Assembly: GCA_964464595.1 (NCBI GenBank)
Contig: CAYXGW010000002.1
Location: 69,408-133,407 of the forward strand
Source: an uncultured Deferribacteres bacterium
GTDB lineage: Bacteria; Zhuqueibacterota; JdFR-76; DREG01
Reading direction: 5' to 3'
DNA length: 64,000 bases
The notes beneath the pieces were generated by a model that worked only from the letters and a program-made list of their open reading frames with translations, was not told where the DNA came from and did not search any database. The stretch's first letter is position 1. Each line of letters opens with the position of its first letter. Below, piece by piece: positions 62,880 through 64,000 of this stretch. Position numbers and translations under genes: made by a program.

Positions 62880-64000
62880 TTATGAGTTGCCTTTAACATC
62901 TCCGCGGGCGAAAATACTTGCTACATATTGTAAGACATCCGTAGCACATACATCACAATAGTTGTAATATTTAATCATACGCGATTTCACTACATCAATT
63001 TTTTCTTGTGTATCTTTATCAACGACATGTGAAATCAAACTGGTCAATTTAATTGAATCTTTTTGATCCTCAAACAATTTCAACTCAAGCGCCTTTTGCA
63101 AGCGTTCATTTGTCCGAAAATCAAACGTTCTTCCTTCAATTGCCAATGCACCAATATAATTCATAATTTCTCGTCTAAAATCCTCTTTCCTACTTTCGGG
63201 AATTTCTATTTTTTCTTCTATCGATCGCATCAAACGCTCATCCGGTTCTTCACTTTGGCCGGTATAACGGTTTTTTACTTTTTCTTTTTGCGTATAGGCT
63301 TTAATGTTGTCAATATAATTGGCACAGAGCCTGGTTAAGGCTTCTTCATCGGCAGCTATAGCACGCTGGACTTCGTTTTTTACGATATCTTCGTATTCTT
63401 CTTTTACTAAAGCAAGAAGATCTCTATAACGATGGCGTTGCTCGTTAGAACCGATTAAGCTATGATGCTCTAGTCCTGATTCTAATTCATTTAAAACCAT
63501 AAATGGATTTACACAGCTTTCGTCTTCATTCACTAAAGCATTAGATATTTTATCCTGAATATATCTCGGCGAGATACCGTCCATTCCCTCCCTGCTGGTT
63601 TCCGCCATCAGTTCTTTAACGCTATCCTCTGTGAATCCAGGCAAGGTTTTCCCATTGTAAAGTTTTAATTTCTGCATCATTGTGAGTTGGGCATGTTTTG
63701 GATCTTCTAATCTTGTTAACACAGCCCACATTGAGGCCATTTCCACTGTATGCGGGGCGATATGCTTTCCTTTAATTTTATCAGCATTAAAATCCTTCTC
63801 ATAGATCTTTATTTCACAATCTAAACGAGTAATGTAAGGAATATCAATTTTGACAGTTCTATCTCTTAAAGCTTCCATGAATTCATTGTTTTGCAGCCTT
63901 TTATATTCAGGTTCATTTGTATGACCAATAATCACTTCATCAATATCTGTTTGTGCAAACTTCTTGGGTTTGATCTTATGTTCTTGTGACGCACCCAAAA
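62880..64000 (-). CDS. prkA: PrkA/YeaG family AAA+ serine kinase (3' part; begins outside the window)
   Basis: [32 protein letters not shown]. Confidence 0.9.
   Translation of the reverse strand, partial: LGASQEHKIKPKKFAQTDIDEVIIGHTNEPEYKRLQNNEFMEALRDRTVKIDIPYITRLDCEIKIYEKDFNADKIKGKHIAPHTVEMASMWAVLTRLEDPKHAQLTMMQKLKLYNGKTLPGFTEDSVKELMAETSREGMDGISPRYIQDKISNALVNEDESCVNPFMVLNELESGLEHHSLIGSNEQRHRYRDLLALVKEEYEDIVKNEVQRAIAADEEALTRLCANYIDNIKAYTQKEKVKNRYTGQSEEPDERLMRSIEEKIEIPESRKEDFRREIMNYIGALAIEGRTFDFRTNERLQKALELKLFEDQKDSIKLTSLISHVVDKDTQEKIDVVKSRMIKYYNYCDVCATDVLQYVASIFARGDVKGNS

Overview
Chromosomal window from a low-GC Gram-negative bacterium; gene content and order suggest the FCB group (Calditrichota/KSB1-like; inference only). 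The backbone lies almost entirely on the minus strand. It includes lapB/lapA, rpsA-plsC-cmk-rluB-scpBA-trpS, and accA with a glycosylation-type cluster (GT2-PGT fusion, Dpm1-like synthase, rfbD, DUF2723). Further along are recG, valS, argF, hslUV-hflCK-rpoN-lptB/A/C-kdsD-transaldolase-kdsA-pyrG-kdsB-gatC, recD2, yraN-rnhB and spoVR-yeaH-prkA. An ~11.6 kb plus-strand accessory island (about 27.6-39.2 kb) interrupts the backbone. Its core is a tightly coupled four-gene operon that I do not recognise as any named system: a Cwf19/HIT-like hydrolase, a ThiL-like kinase, an alpha/alpha-toroid protein with two C-terminal TM helices, and a SAMHD1-like HD domain fused to an amino-methyltransferase. A 32-bp imperfect direct repeat (28/32) brackets this operon, which is my best candidate for an undescribed nucleotide-modifying or anti-phage system. 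The island also carries high-GC VOC and NHL genes, a REP/MITE-like element, a Gfo/Idh/MocA plus radical SAM pair, a CX4CH lipoprotein and a doubly pseudogenised DUF433/DUF5615 TA pair. Secondary leads are a possible protein O-mannosylation locus whose DUF2723 transferase ends in tandem D-S-V sequons, a catalytically degenerate PGT domain, and an atypical transaldolase/KdsA pair. No rRNA, tRNA, CRISPR array, integrase or intact transposase was found. All family assignments come from motif recognition by eye, without database searches.
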